From positions 1 through 64,000 of the IMG/VR virus record IMGVR_UViG_3300002835_005179: a stretch of DNA of 64,000 nt. One strand, written 5' to 3'. The notes under the pieces are model-generated. The model did no database searches and was not told the origin of the DNA. It worked only from the letters and a program-made list of their open reading frames with translations. A program made the translations under genes and the position numbers. Below, in pieces: positions 9,650-17,790 of the stretch (position 1 is its first letter; each line of letters starts with the position of its first letter). The stretch comes from a virus (Duplodnaviria; Heunggongvirae; Uroviricota; Caudoviricetes).

Positions 9650-10801
9650 ATGGAAAACAAACAAGATCCATTTGATTCAATCTTCGAAGGCATCGATCTT
9701 CCGGAAGATTTTGCTGCTAAGTTGAAGAAAGCATTCGACGATGCAGTTGATGAAAAATTAAAACAAGCAACTAAAGGTGTTATGAAAACTGAAGAGGAAG
9801 AGGAGATTGTTCATCTAGAATCCGAAGGTGAGATGGAAGATGATGAGGAAGAAGTTGTAGAACAAGACGAATCTAAAACATATTCTCTTGAAGATATCAG
9901 AGCACTATTAACTGATATCGATATCGTCAGATTACTACAATCTTCAGACGTAGAAAGAACAAAATTCTTAAATTCTATGCGTGCTGCAGTTACAGATCTA
10001 TCTGGCAACAGTATAGCAGAACCGTTCTTATCTCTAGTCATGAGTATTATACAAGTGATCGCAGATGATTCTAGAATTTCTACTATGATTGCAAGAGAAC
10101 TTAAAGATATGGAAACTGAGAAAAGCTCAGAAGAGCCAGCTGATAACATGAATCAAGTTAAAGTTAATGCTGAACTTGAAGTTTATGAAAATGTTATCGA
10201 ATCAGTAGATAAGTATCTAACTTATGTTGCTGAATCGTGGATCGAAGAAAACGCTCTAGCTGTTGAACAAGGTCTAAAGATTGAGATCATGGAATCTTTC
10301 TGGAATGGATTAAAGACTCTATACGTCGAAAATAATATTGTTCTACCAGAAGAAATTAATGTTGTTGAAGATCTAAATACAAAAATTGCCGATCTAGAAT
10401 CAACTCTTTCTGAGGAAAAGCAAGCATTTGCTGAAGAATTATCTAAGCAAAAGGCTCAATATGAAGAAAAGATAAACGAAGAAATTAATAGATCAATTGT
10501 ATACAAAAACAAAGCAGAAGAATCTACTAAGAAAGCTGTATTTGAATCAGTTTCAAAGGATCTATCTCTTTCACAAAAAGAAAGATTTGCGAAGTTAACA
10601 GAATCTGTAACTTATGAATCAAAGAAATCTTACGAAGAAAAGTTGAAAGATATTGTTAAGAATGCGTTCGATTCTTCTAAACCAAAGAAGAAATTGACCG
10701 AAGAATCAATGATTGAAGTATCTGAAGAAAATACAATTATTTCTGAAGATCCTATCATGAACCTTTATTCTCAAGCAATTTCTAAGAATGTCAAGTTTTA
10801 A
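9650..10801 (+). CDS. gp22: Prohead scaffolding protein (gp22-like)
   Basis: 383 aa, very acidic, with coiled-coil-type composition. Lies between the protease and the major capsid gene. Confidence 0.7.
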   Translation: MENKQDPFDSIFEGIDLPEDFAAKLKKAFDDAVDEKLKQATKGVMKTEEEEEIVHLESEGEMEDDEEEVVEQDESKTYSLEDIRALLTDIDIVRLLQSSDVERTKFLNSMRAAVTDLSGNSIAEPFLSLVMSIIQVIADDSRISTMIARELKDMETEKSSEEPADNMNQVKVNAELEVYENVIESVDKYLTYVAESWIEENALAVEQGLKIEIMESFWNGLKTLYVENNIVLPEEINVVEDLNTKIADLESTLSEEKQAFAEELSKQKAQYEEKINEEINRSIVYKNKAEESTKKAVFESVSKDLSLSQKERFAKLTESVTYESKKSYEEKLKDIVKNAFDSSKPKKKLTEESMIEVSEENTIISEDPIMNLYSQAISKNVKF

Positions 10802-10806
10802 TTTTT

Positions 10807-10814
10807 TATAAATA
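10807..10814 (+). promoter_or_regulatory. T4-type late promoter TATAAATA
   Basis: Exact TATAAATA 31 nt upstream of the capsid gene, followed by AAGGAG. Confidence 0.6.
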
Positions 10815-10844
10815 CTATTATAAATTTATTTCTTAAGGAGAAAT

Positions 10845-12104
10845 ATGTCTAATCTACAAAACAAATGGAAAGCGATTCTGGAACACCCAGAAGCTGCTCC
10901 AATTAAGGACGCTTACAGAAAGCAAGTAACTGCAGTTCTTTTAGAAAACCAAGAAAAGGCTCTAGCAGAATCAAGAAAGATCATCACTGAATCTGGTGTT
11001 CCATCAAACGTTGCAGGAAACGTTGATAAGTTTGATCCAATTCTAATTGCTCTAGTTCGTAGATCTATGCCAAATCTAATGGCTTATGATATCTGCGGCG
11101 TTCAGCCAATGAACATGCCAACAGGTTTGATCTTCGCAATGAAGTCAAAGTATGGTTCAGGCGCAACTGGTCCTCTATCTTCAACTGAAGCTCTATTCAA
11201 TGAAGCAGATACTGACTTCTCTGGAACTGGTACTCACCAAGATAATATCTTTAGAACTTCTTCAGATACACTATCTACTTATGGTACTGGTATGGCAACT
11301 GCAGACGGCGAAGGTTTCTCACCACTAAACATGGGTTTCTCTATCGAGAAGGTAACAGTTACTGCAAAGACTCGTGCTCTAAAGGCAGAATACTCTCTAG
11401 AATTGGCACAAGACCTAAAGGCTATGCACAATCTAGATGCAGAATCTGAGCTATCTAACATCCTATCAACTGAAATCATGGCAGAAATCAACCGTGAAGT
11501 TATCAGAACTCTATACAAGATTGCAAAGTCTGGTGCATCTTCTGGTACAACTACAGCAGGTTATTTCGATCTTGATACAGATTCTGACGGACGTTGGTCA
11601 GTTGAAAGATTCAAGGGTCTAATGTTCCATGCTGAAAGAGAAGCAAACCAAATTGCAAAGGCAACTCGTAGAGGAAAGGGTAATATCATTATCTGCTCTT
11701 CTGACGTAGCATCTGCTCTAGCAATGGCAGGCAAGCTAGATTATACTCCAGCTCTATCTACTGATCTAAACGTCGACGATACTGGTAATACATTTGCTGG
11801 TGTTCTAAACGGCAAGTACAAGGTCTATGTTGATCCATACTTCGCAGTAGGTTCTGGCGTAACATTCTCTGACGTCATGGTTGTTGGGTACAAGGGATCT
11901 AACGCTTATGACGCTGGTTTATTCTACTGCCCATACGTTCCATTACAAATGGTCAAGGCAGTTGATCCAGATACATTCCAGCCAAAAATAGGTTTCAAGA
12001 CCCGCTACGGCATGGTCGCAAACCCACTATCTGGCGACGGAAACACTCTAGGTGCAGCTTCCAACGATTATTATAGACTCGTCAAAATTAAAAATATTCT
12101 CTAA
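10845..12104 (+). CDS. gp23: Major capsid protein (gp23-like)
   Basis: 419 aa. The N-terminal propeptide-like region and the block VRRSMPNLMAYDICGVQPM are typical of T4 gp23. Confidence 0.9.
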   Translation: MSNLQNKWKAILEHPEAAPIKDAYRKQVTAVLLENQEKALAESRKIITESGVPSNVAGNVDKFDPILIALVRRSMPNLMAYDICGVQPMNMPTGLIFAMKSKYGSGATGPLSSTEALFNEADTDFSGTGTHQDNIFRTSSDTLSTYGTGMATADGEGFSPLNMGFSIEKVTVTAKTRALKAEYSLELAQDLKAMHNLDAESELSNILSTEIMAEINREVIRTLYKIAKSGASSGTTTAGYFDLDTDSDGRWSVERFKGLMFHAEREANQIAKATRRGKGNIIICSSDVASALAMAGKLDYTPALSTDLNVDDTGNTFAGVLNGKYKVYVDPYFAVGSGVTFSDVMVVGYKGSNAYDAGLFYCPYVPLQMVKAVDPDTFQPKIGFKTRYGMVANPLSGDGNTLGAASNDYYRLVKIKNIL

Positions 12105-12127
12105 ATTAGAGGATAGCAATAAACTAA

Positions 12128-12152
12128 GGGAACCTTCGGGTTCCCTTTTTTT
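12128..12152 (+). terminator. Rho-independent terminator
   Basis: GGGAACC-ttcg-GGTTCCC followed by T7. Confidence 0.8.
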
Positions 12153-12246
12153 GTCTCGAAATTTGTATTTTACTAAATAAGAATGAGGATACTAGATGCA
12201 ACTAACATCCAATACCCTCTAAACACATACTAAGGACAATTAGCAT

Positions 12247-13056
12247 ATGCCTAATAATATTTATTGTACATACCTTACAATCTACAAAGGTAACAAACTC
12301 CCTCTATATTATATTGGTTCAACTTCTGTTAATAGAATTAACAAAGGTTATCATGGAACCGTGTCTTCTAAGAAATATAAAGATATCTATAAACAAGAAT
12401 TAATATCTAATCCTCACCTATTCAAAACAAAAATACTTACAACACATGAAACCAGAGAAGAAGCTTATGAGAAAGAATTGTTCTTTCAAATAAAATTATC
12501 TGTAGTTAAATCACCAATGTATTTCAATGAATCATTGGCTGTGACAAATGGTTATTTTGGTCGTGCTCTAAATGGAAAAGATAATCCCCTACACGGTAAG
12601 AATCATTCAGAAGAAACAAGAAGAAAGATGTCTGAGAATAGAAAAGGAAAATATAAAGGAATTCCTAAGTCTGAAGAACATAAAAGAAAAATTGCATTGG
12701 CAAATACAGGTAAGAAACATTCTGAAGAATCTAAACGAAAAATGTCTTTAAATCATATTGGTATTGTTGCTTCTGATGAAACTAAGAAGAAATTATCTGA
12801 TATGAGAAAGGGTGAAAAGCATCCTCTTTATGGAAAGACACATTCTCCAGAATCAATTCAGAAGATGAAAGAGACGCATAGTAATCGTTCAGAAGAAACA
12901 CTAAAGAAGCTGTCTGCTGCCAAGAGTGGTGAAAATAATCCTAGTTATGGAAAGAAATGGTTCCATAATCCCATTACCTTAGAACAAATTAGGATCCATC
13001 CTAACAATCCTCCATCTGGATTCTTTCCTGGTAGAATTCCTAAAATTAATAAATAG
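12247..13056 (+). CDS. Free-standing GIY-YIG homing endonuclease (Seg-like) with repeated NUMOD3-type motifs
   Basis: N-terminus IYCTYLTIYKGNKLPLYYIGST, followed by repeats of the type HSEETRRKMS and HSEESKRKMS. Inserted after the capsid terminator. Ends in TAG. Confidence 0.8.
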   Translation: MPNNIYCTYLTIYKGNKLPLYYIGSTSVNRINKGYHGTVSSKKYKDIYKQELISNPHLFKTKILTTHETREEAYEKELFFQIKLSVVKSPMYFNESLAVTNGYFGRALNGKDNPLHGKNHSEETRRKMSENRKGKYKGIPKSEEHKRKIALANTGKKHSEESKRKMSLNHIGIVASDETKKKLSDMRKGEKHPLYGKTHSPESIQKMKETHSNRSEETLKKLSAAKSGENNPSYGKKWFHNPITLEQIRIHPNNPPSGFFPGRIPKINK

Positions 13057-13069
13057 ATGAGAGGAATAT

Positions 13070-13327
13070 ATGAACCTAGAAAATTTTAAAGAAGCTTATT
13101 TAACAGTTATTAATGAAGAAATTGAAGAGACCGAAGTAGTCGAAACAGAAGTAACTGATGTCGATGAAGAAACACCTGAAAACGAATTATCTGCAGCAGA
13201 TCATTTTAAGATGGGTGTTATGGCTTTGATGGGTAAGATGGATGCTTCCGAAGAAGAGAATGAAATGATCAATGATTTGGTTGCATCAATCATTTCAGAT
13301 CTTAACGATTCAATGTCTGGTGATTAA
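13070..13327 (+). CDS. Small acidic protein (85 aa) with MNLENFKEAY leader
   Basis: The first 20 nt are identical to the start of ORF 7676. Confidence 0.45.
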   Translation: MNLENFKEAYLTVINEEIEETEVVETEVTDVDEETPENELSAADHFKMGVMALMGKMDASEEENEMINDLVASIISDLNDSMSGD

Positions 13328-13914
13328 TACCATTCTACAATCTTATCGGCAATTCCATATCTTACTGCTTCTTCGGCAGAAAGCCACACATCGTGAGACG
13401 GCAAAAGAATTTCTCTTACCTTCTTTTCATTCAATCCTGTACACTTCTTATAATGAGCAAGCATTCTCTGGGTAGTTAATTCAAACTCTTTATTTCTTGC
13501 ATACAATTCATGTTCTTTTCCAAAAGAACCCCAAGAGAATTGATGTGAAAGGATAGAAGTATTCTGTGTAATATATCTCTTTCCTTTCTTTCCAGCCATG
13601 AAAATTGCAAGTCCAGCAGAAGCGATTGTCCCTAACCCAAAAGTAGAGATATCAATCTCGGATCCTTTCATAATATCAATAAGGGCAAATCCAGAACAAA
13701 GATCACCACCAACTGAATTAATCAGCATCCTGATTTCTGTTCGATCTTTTTGATCTTGGAAATTGGAATTTCTCTCAACAATATACTGAATAGCATCAGA
13801 TGTAGATTCTATGTTTATCTCGCCAGAGAGAAGATAATAACCTGCTCCCTCGAAGGAGATATACATCTGAGGAATCTCTGGCTTTGGTTTGATTTTAGAC
13901 ATTTTAGTTCTCAT
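13324..13914 (-). CDS. clpP: ClpP-family serine peptidase
   Basis: INSVGGD, TIASAGLAIFMAG (Ser), ILSHQ (His) and a C-terminal EEAVRYGIADKI match ClpP blocks. Start set at MRT (13914), which overlaps the upstream small ORF through ATGA. Confidence 0.8.
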   Translation of the reverse strand: MRTKMSKIKPKPEIPQMYISFEGAGYYLLSGEINIESTSDAIQYIVERNSNFQDQKDRTEIRMLINSVGGDLCSGFALIDIMKGSEIDISTFGLGTIASAGLAIFMAGKKGKRYITQNTSILSHQFSWGSFGKEHELYARNKEFELTTQRMLAHYKKCTGLNEKKVREILLPSHDVWLSAEEAVRYGIADKIVEWY

Positions 13915-14075
13915 TTCGGTTGAGGAATCGAACTCCAACGAAAATATTTATCAGATGAATATAAGGACTCAACAATCCTAGAAGCATCAAAGGGATTAGA
14001 GGCTTGCACCTCATAATCCCTCATCATTACGGATCTTTGTTGACCGCAATAAAATGAGCACTTGTATGTTGTCAT
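13911..14075 (-). CDS. Small ORF (54 aa) between the SPFH and ClpP genes
   Basis: Below the track cutoff. The ATG lies 1 nt after the SPFH stop and ends in an ATGA overlap with ClpP, so the region has tight operon packing. Confidence 0.35.
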   Translation of the reverse strand: MTTYKCSFYCGQQRSVMMRDYEVQASNPFDASRIVESLYSSDKYFRWSSIPQPK

Positions 14076-14076
14076 G

Positions 14077-14868
14077 TTACTTCACATTAACTAGAGGAAC
14101 AGCATTTGTACCAAGAATCATAGTGCAATTCGATTTAGAACAAGCTTCGATTTGTAACATACGAAGATATTGATCTGGAGTTAAGCCTCTAGAATCCTGA
14201 TATGCACGATCTGCTTCAGCACGTTTAATCTCAGCCGACTTACGAGACTCTTCAGCAAGAGCTCTTTGTGTTTCAGTCTTAGATCGTTGTTGTTGAACAC
14301 CCGTTTCATTATATGCCGCAATAATTTCTTTTTGTGGAGAAATCTTACCAAGCGATACATCTAAAACTTTTACAGGAATCTTATGTTTGGTTACATATTC
14401 TTGTAATTGAATTTCTAATTCTCGTTCAACTTTCTCTACAACCTCTTGTTGTAGTGCCAATTCTGGCATTGAATATTGTCGAACTTGATTACGATTCATT
14501 GTTTGGAAAGGTCGTTGAATATTCTTCTGATAGAATTCCGGCCCAAAATTCACTACTAGAGCAACAGAATCTGTAATTTGTAGAAGAACGGAAGCATGAT
14601 AATCAATTGGATTATTATCCTTGGGCATAATATCATCAAATGGCTCGTCATATTTAATTGGCTTCTTATCTACATCATAAGAATCTGTAGATAGAGCCAC
14701 GATAACAGAACCAGGTTTAATTGGTTCCTTGTCAATACCACCATGACCAAACAACCATGGTTTATAGATTAGAACTGCTTCATGTCCAGGTTCAACATTT
14801 ACTCTCGTACAAGAAGTTCCCATTAGAACCAAACATAAACTAAATACAACTGCAATTTTCTTAATCAT
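14077..14868 (-). CDS. SPFH/band-7 (stomatin/prohibitin-like) lipoprotein
   Basis: Signal peptide with lipobox LMGTSC, an SPFH-like core, and a charged helical tail (AEESRKSAEIKRAEADRA). Confidence 0.75.
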   Translation of the reverse strand: MIKKIAVVFSLCLVLMGTSCTRVNVEPGHEAVLIYKPWLFGHGGIDKEPIKPGSVIVALSTDSYDVDKKPIKYDEPFDDIMPKDNNPIDYHASVLLQITDSVALVVNFGPEFYQKNIQRPFQTMNRNQVRQYSMPELALQQEVVEKVERELEIQLQEYVTKHKIPVKVLDVSLGKISPQKEIIAAYNETGVQQQRSKTETQRALAEESRKSAEIKRAEADRAYQDSRGLTPDQYLRMLQIEACSKSNCTMILGTNAVPLVNVK

Positions 14869-14881
14869 TATTTCTCCTTAA

Positions 14882-15040
14882 TTATTCAAACCGAATCTTT
14901 CGGGTCTTCTTCTTTTCTTGAGTCGTATCAAAGAAAAGTGATATGATCTCATCAAAAGATTCTTCATTAGTCTTGATTCGAACCGAAGGATTATCGGTTG
15001 TGTAAATCGAAAAACAATCATTAGAGAACTTAACTAGCAT
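14882..15040 (-). CDS. Small ORF (52 aa)
   Basis: Fills the gap between UvdE and SPFH. Its ATG overlaps the UvdE end by 11 nt. No homology evidence. Confidence 0.3.
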   Translation of the reverse strand: MLVKFSNDCFSIYTTDNPSVRIKTNEESFDEIISLFFDTTQEKKKTRKIRFE

Positions 15041-15956
15041 AATTACTCTCCTTAAGAATTTTCATTAGAGCCAAATCTTTTGCTTTTGTTTCTAGATCAA
15101 GATAGAAATCTTTTCCATAATCATCAGGAAGCGAATTAATATAATCAGAGTGAGCAGTTCGATTACATACAATTCCTTCATGAATCGCTTTTGATTCTGA
15201 ATAATGGAATAGAGGAACCTCTTTCCAAGTAGAGAAAGCCATATCGAATGCTTCTTCTTCAGTTAATTCATATTCATTACCATTATATAACGAATGATGG
15301 AAGAAGTCAAACGTCAGAGGAATTCCAATCTTCGAGTGAATATCCAAGAATAGATGAGATGTAGAATATGACGATTGTTTATCATCATTCTCCACAACAA
15401 GTCTCTTCTTCATACTATCAGATAATCTTCCAAAGTTTGCACAGAATCGATCGGAAGTCTCTTCGGAATAAGACATTCCAACATGGATATTAATTGGATA
15501 AAATTCACTGGCCTCAAGACCCATATGATTCATGATAGAATTGTGAATCTCTAAATCTTTGATCGAATTTAGAACAACATTCTCTTTCATCGATCCCAAC
15601 TTAACAAATGGACCAGGATGAAATGATAATCTCATATCATAATATTTTGCCAAAGACCCAATATCTTGTAGGATGCTTTTAATTTTCGACCAATCAGGAA
15701 GATCTTCGAATACATATTCTGAAGCCCAAGGAAACATCTCGGAAGACATGCGGAAATTCTTAATCTTATTCTGGCCATTCCAATCTACAATCCTGAGTAG
15801 ATCTGACACGTTCTGAACAATAAGATCCGACGCATAATCTATTCCTTTTGTGAGGAATGTATCTTTGCGCATGGTTCTATTAGAAGTAAGTCCTAATGAT
15901 TTCTGGAGAGTAAGATTAATGCAACAATATCCAGGATAAATCACAATTGATCCCAA
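15030..15956 (-). CDS. uvdE: UV damage endonuclease (UvdE)
   Basis: GYCCINL, SFHPGPF, INIHVG, VVENDDK and FDFFHH blocks align with the UvdE family. Confidence 0.85.
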   Translation of the reverse strand: MGSIVIYPGYCCINLTLQKSLGLTSNRTMRKDTFLTKGIDYASDLIVQNVSDLLRIVDWNGQNKIKNFRMSSEMFPWASEYVFEDLPDWSKIKSILQDIGSLAKYYDMRLSFHPGPFVKLGSMKENVVLNSIKDLEIHNSIMNHMGLEASEFYPINIHVGMSYSEETSDRFCANFGRLSDSMKKRLVVENDDKQSSYSTSHLFLDIHSKIGIPLTFDFFHHSLYNGNEYELTEEEAFDMAFSTWKEVPLFHYSESKAIHEGIVCNRTAHSDYINSLPDDYGKDFYLDLETKAKDLALMKILKESNYAS

Positions 15957-16360
15957 CCTTCTGTTTCAAGAGTATAATATACTTTCTTGATATCAAATTC
16001 AAATATTGCCCGCATACAACCAGAACAAGGTTTCGCCAACCCATAGACTATACTATTAGTCAAAATATCATACTTAACACGACAAACATATAGACTAACT
16101 TTCTTGAAATCTTCTACATCTATTTGTCTCAATGCATTCTTAATTGCAGATATCTCTGCGTGTAGATAGATAGACAGATCTTTGTTTGTTGCATATTTAG
16201 CTTGGAGTGGAGATGATTTCATAGAATTTACTCCAACCGAAACTATCTTGTTTTTGTAAACAATAGCGGCAGCAAGTTTAGCGCCAGAAACTTTCGGATT
16301 AGCTATCGCTATTTGTTTGAGGAGAGAAAAGACTCTAGAGATCTTCAGCTCAGATTCCAT
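15941..16360 (-). CDS. Cytidine/deoxycytidylate deaminase-family protein
   Basis: Zinc motifs HAE (LHAEISAI) and PCSGC. Confidence 0.8.
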   Translation of the reverse strand: MESELKISRVFSLLKQIAIANPKVSGAKLAAAIVYKNKIVSVGVNSMKSSPLQAKYATNKDLSIYLHAEISAIKNALRQIDVEDFKKVSLYVCRVKYDILTNSIVYGLAKPCSGCMRAIFEFDIKKVYYTLETEGWDQL

Positions 16361-16366
16361 ACATTA

Positions 16367-16395
16367 AGTATACCGTATCCGACGGGTAAAGTCAA
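16367..16395 (-). promoter_or_regulatory. Sigma70-like promoter TTGACT-N17-TATACT placed 6 nt before ATG
   Basis: Minus strand reads GCTTGACTttacccgtcggatacggTATACTtaatgtATG. Confidence 0.55.
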
Positions 16396-16400
16396 GCTCA

Positions 16401-16913
16401 TCAAAAATTAAAATATTTTAATTTTGTTCGGTAGATCGAGTCGTCAATCTCTTTCAAGAATTCGAACCAATTACTCGCAATCTTGACATTTAGATAATCA
16501 CACACCATCTTGACATTACCATATCTCCAAAAATCTTCTGTACAATACACAATCGTTTTTCGACCGGATTTACCGATCGATCTTCCGAATAAGCCTAATT
16601 CTAGTAACGTAATAGGAGATTTAGTATTCGGATCAAAATAATAACAGTTAATATCTGAATTTTCTTGACACCGCAATTCCCACATCACTTGTTCGTGAAA
16701 TCTTGGATCATCCGGATGCTGCCTCCAGGATGAATCCCAGTCATCACGACGGGGATTCATAACAACAACATCTTCATGAAGAGATAGATGTTGGATTACA
16801 CGGTCTTGCCAATTATCAGCGATACCCATCTCAATAGATCCACCAAGAAAGATGGTGATATTTTCAAGGTGCTTTGCAGTCAACTTAGTTGGAGGTTTGA
16901 TTACATTAAACAT
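16401..16913 (-). CDS. Nucleoside 2-deoxyribosyltransferase-like protein
   Basis: IFLGGSIEMGIADNWQ-type motif. Start moved to MFNVIK (16913), because the longer track ORF overlaps the prs gene. Confidence 0.55.
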   Translation of the reverse strand: MFNVIKPPTKLTAKHLENITIFLGGSIEMGIADNWQDRVIQHLSLHEDVVVMNPRRDDWDSSWRQHPDDPRFHEQVMWELRCQENSDINCYYFDPNTKSPITLLELGLFGRSIGKSGRKTIVYCTEDFWRYGNVKMVCDYLNVKIASNWFEFLKEIDDSIYRTKLKYFNF

Positions 16914-17790
16914 ATAAACTATCCAATTCTTCTTTCGCAATTTCAGCCATCCAATCAATAACGTCAATAACTTCGACATTATCAGAAATACCAGACTCTG
17001 TGAAAGAATTTGTTGTGTAGATCTTATCAAAGTATTTCGATAGATCATCGAATCCTTTCGAGAAGATTCCGTGTGTCACAAACAACCGAAGATTTGGGAT
17101 CTGCAACTTTTCAGCAATACCCAAGAAAGTTCCACCACCATCACAGATATCGTCGATGATATAAGAATTTCGTGTCGTGTCTTTGATTACTGGAACTTCG
17201 AAACCAAGAAATCTGCCAGTAACAGGATCACGTTTCTTTTTGCAGTAATATTTCGGATGATTATCGGAAAGCATATCAGCATATCTATTCTTCGCACCTT
17301 CATCCGGAAAGATAATATTTGCTTCAGGATCAGTTACAAGAATTTCTTGAATAATCTTATTAATCGGAATATCTTTATACTCATAATCAAACCTGTTAGA
17401 ATGACAATCTAAAGTATAGATTTTTGCATATGGCCAGACGCAGGTAATGATATTCAAGAAAACTTTCTTACCGAGACAATCTCCTTCTACGAAGCGACGA
17501 TCGGCTCTTGAATATGGAAGATAAGGAATCACAACAGCAATATTATTGGATGGCATAGACAAAGTAATATCGTTGATTGCATCTTGCAACAGAAGCAACT
17601 TCATTACATCATCGGAATTCTTAATTCGATGAATTAAGACAACACCAAAACACGAAGTCAATGCTTTGATAGTTTCGGGTTTGAGGCGAACCTGAAGTTC
17701 GCCTCCTGGATACTTAAACCACTCGTACGAATTTTCGTCGATACGCAATACATTACGATTGGACACGAACACGCTCCTTAATGGTTTCAA
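16906..17790 (-). CDS. prs: Ribose-phosphate pyrophosphokinase (PRPP synthetase)
   Basis: PRPP-binding loop IIDDICDGGGTF and length 294 aa. Confidence 0.8.
   Translation of the reverse strand: MKPLRSVFVSNRNVLRIDENSYEWFKYPGGELQVRLKPETIKALTSCFGVVLIHRIKNSDDVMKLLLLQDAINDITLSMPSNNIAVVIPYLPYSRADRRFVEGDCLGKKVFLNIITCVWPYAKIYTLDCHSNRFDYEYKDIPINKIIQEILVTDPEANIIFPDEGAKNRYADMLSDNHPKYYCKKKRDPVTGRFLGFEVPVIKDTTRNSYIIDDICDGGGTFLGIAEKLQIPNLRLFVTHGIFSKGFDDLSKYFDKIYTTNSFTESGISDNVEVIDVIDWMAEIAKEELDSLYV

Noticed and set aside
16914-17048. Long N-terminal extension of ORF 16401..17048, and the similar extensions of 17753..19276 and 13324..13938.
   Set aside because: The extensions overlap the upstream genes extensively and carry no conserved motifs. 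Internal ATGs give tight operon junctions and homologue-like N-termini.
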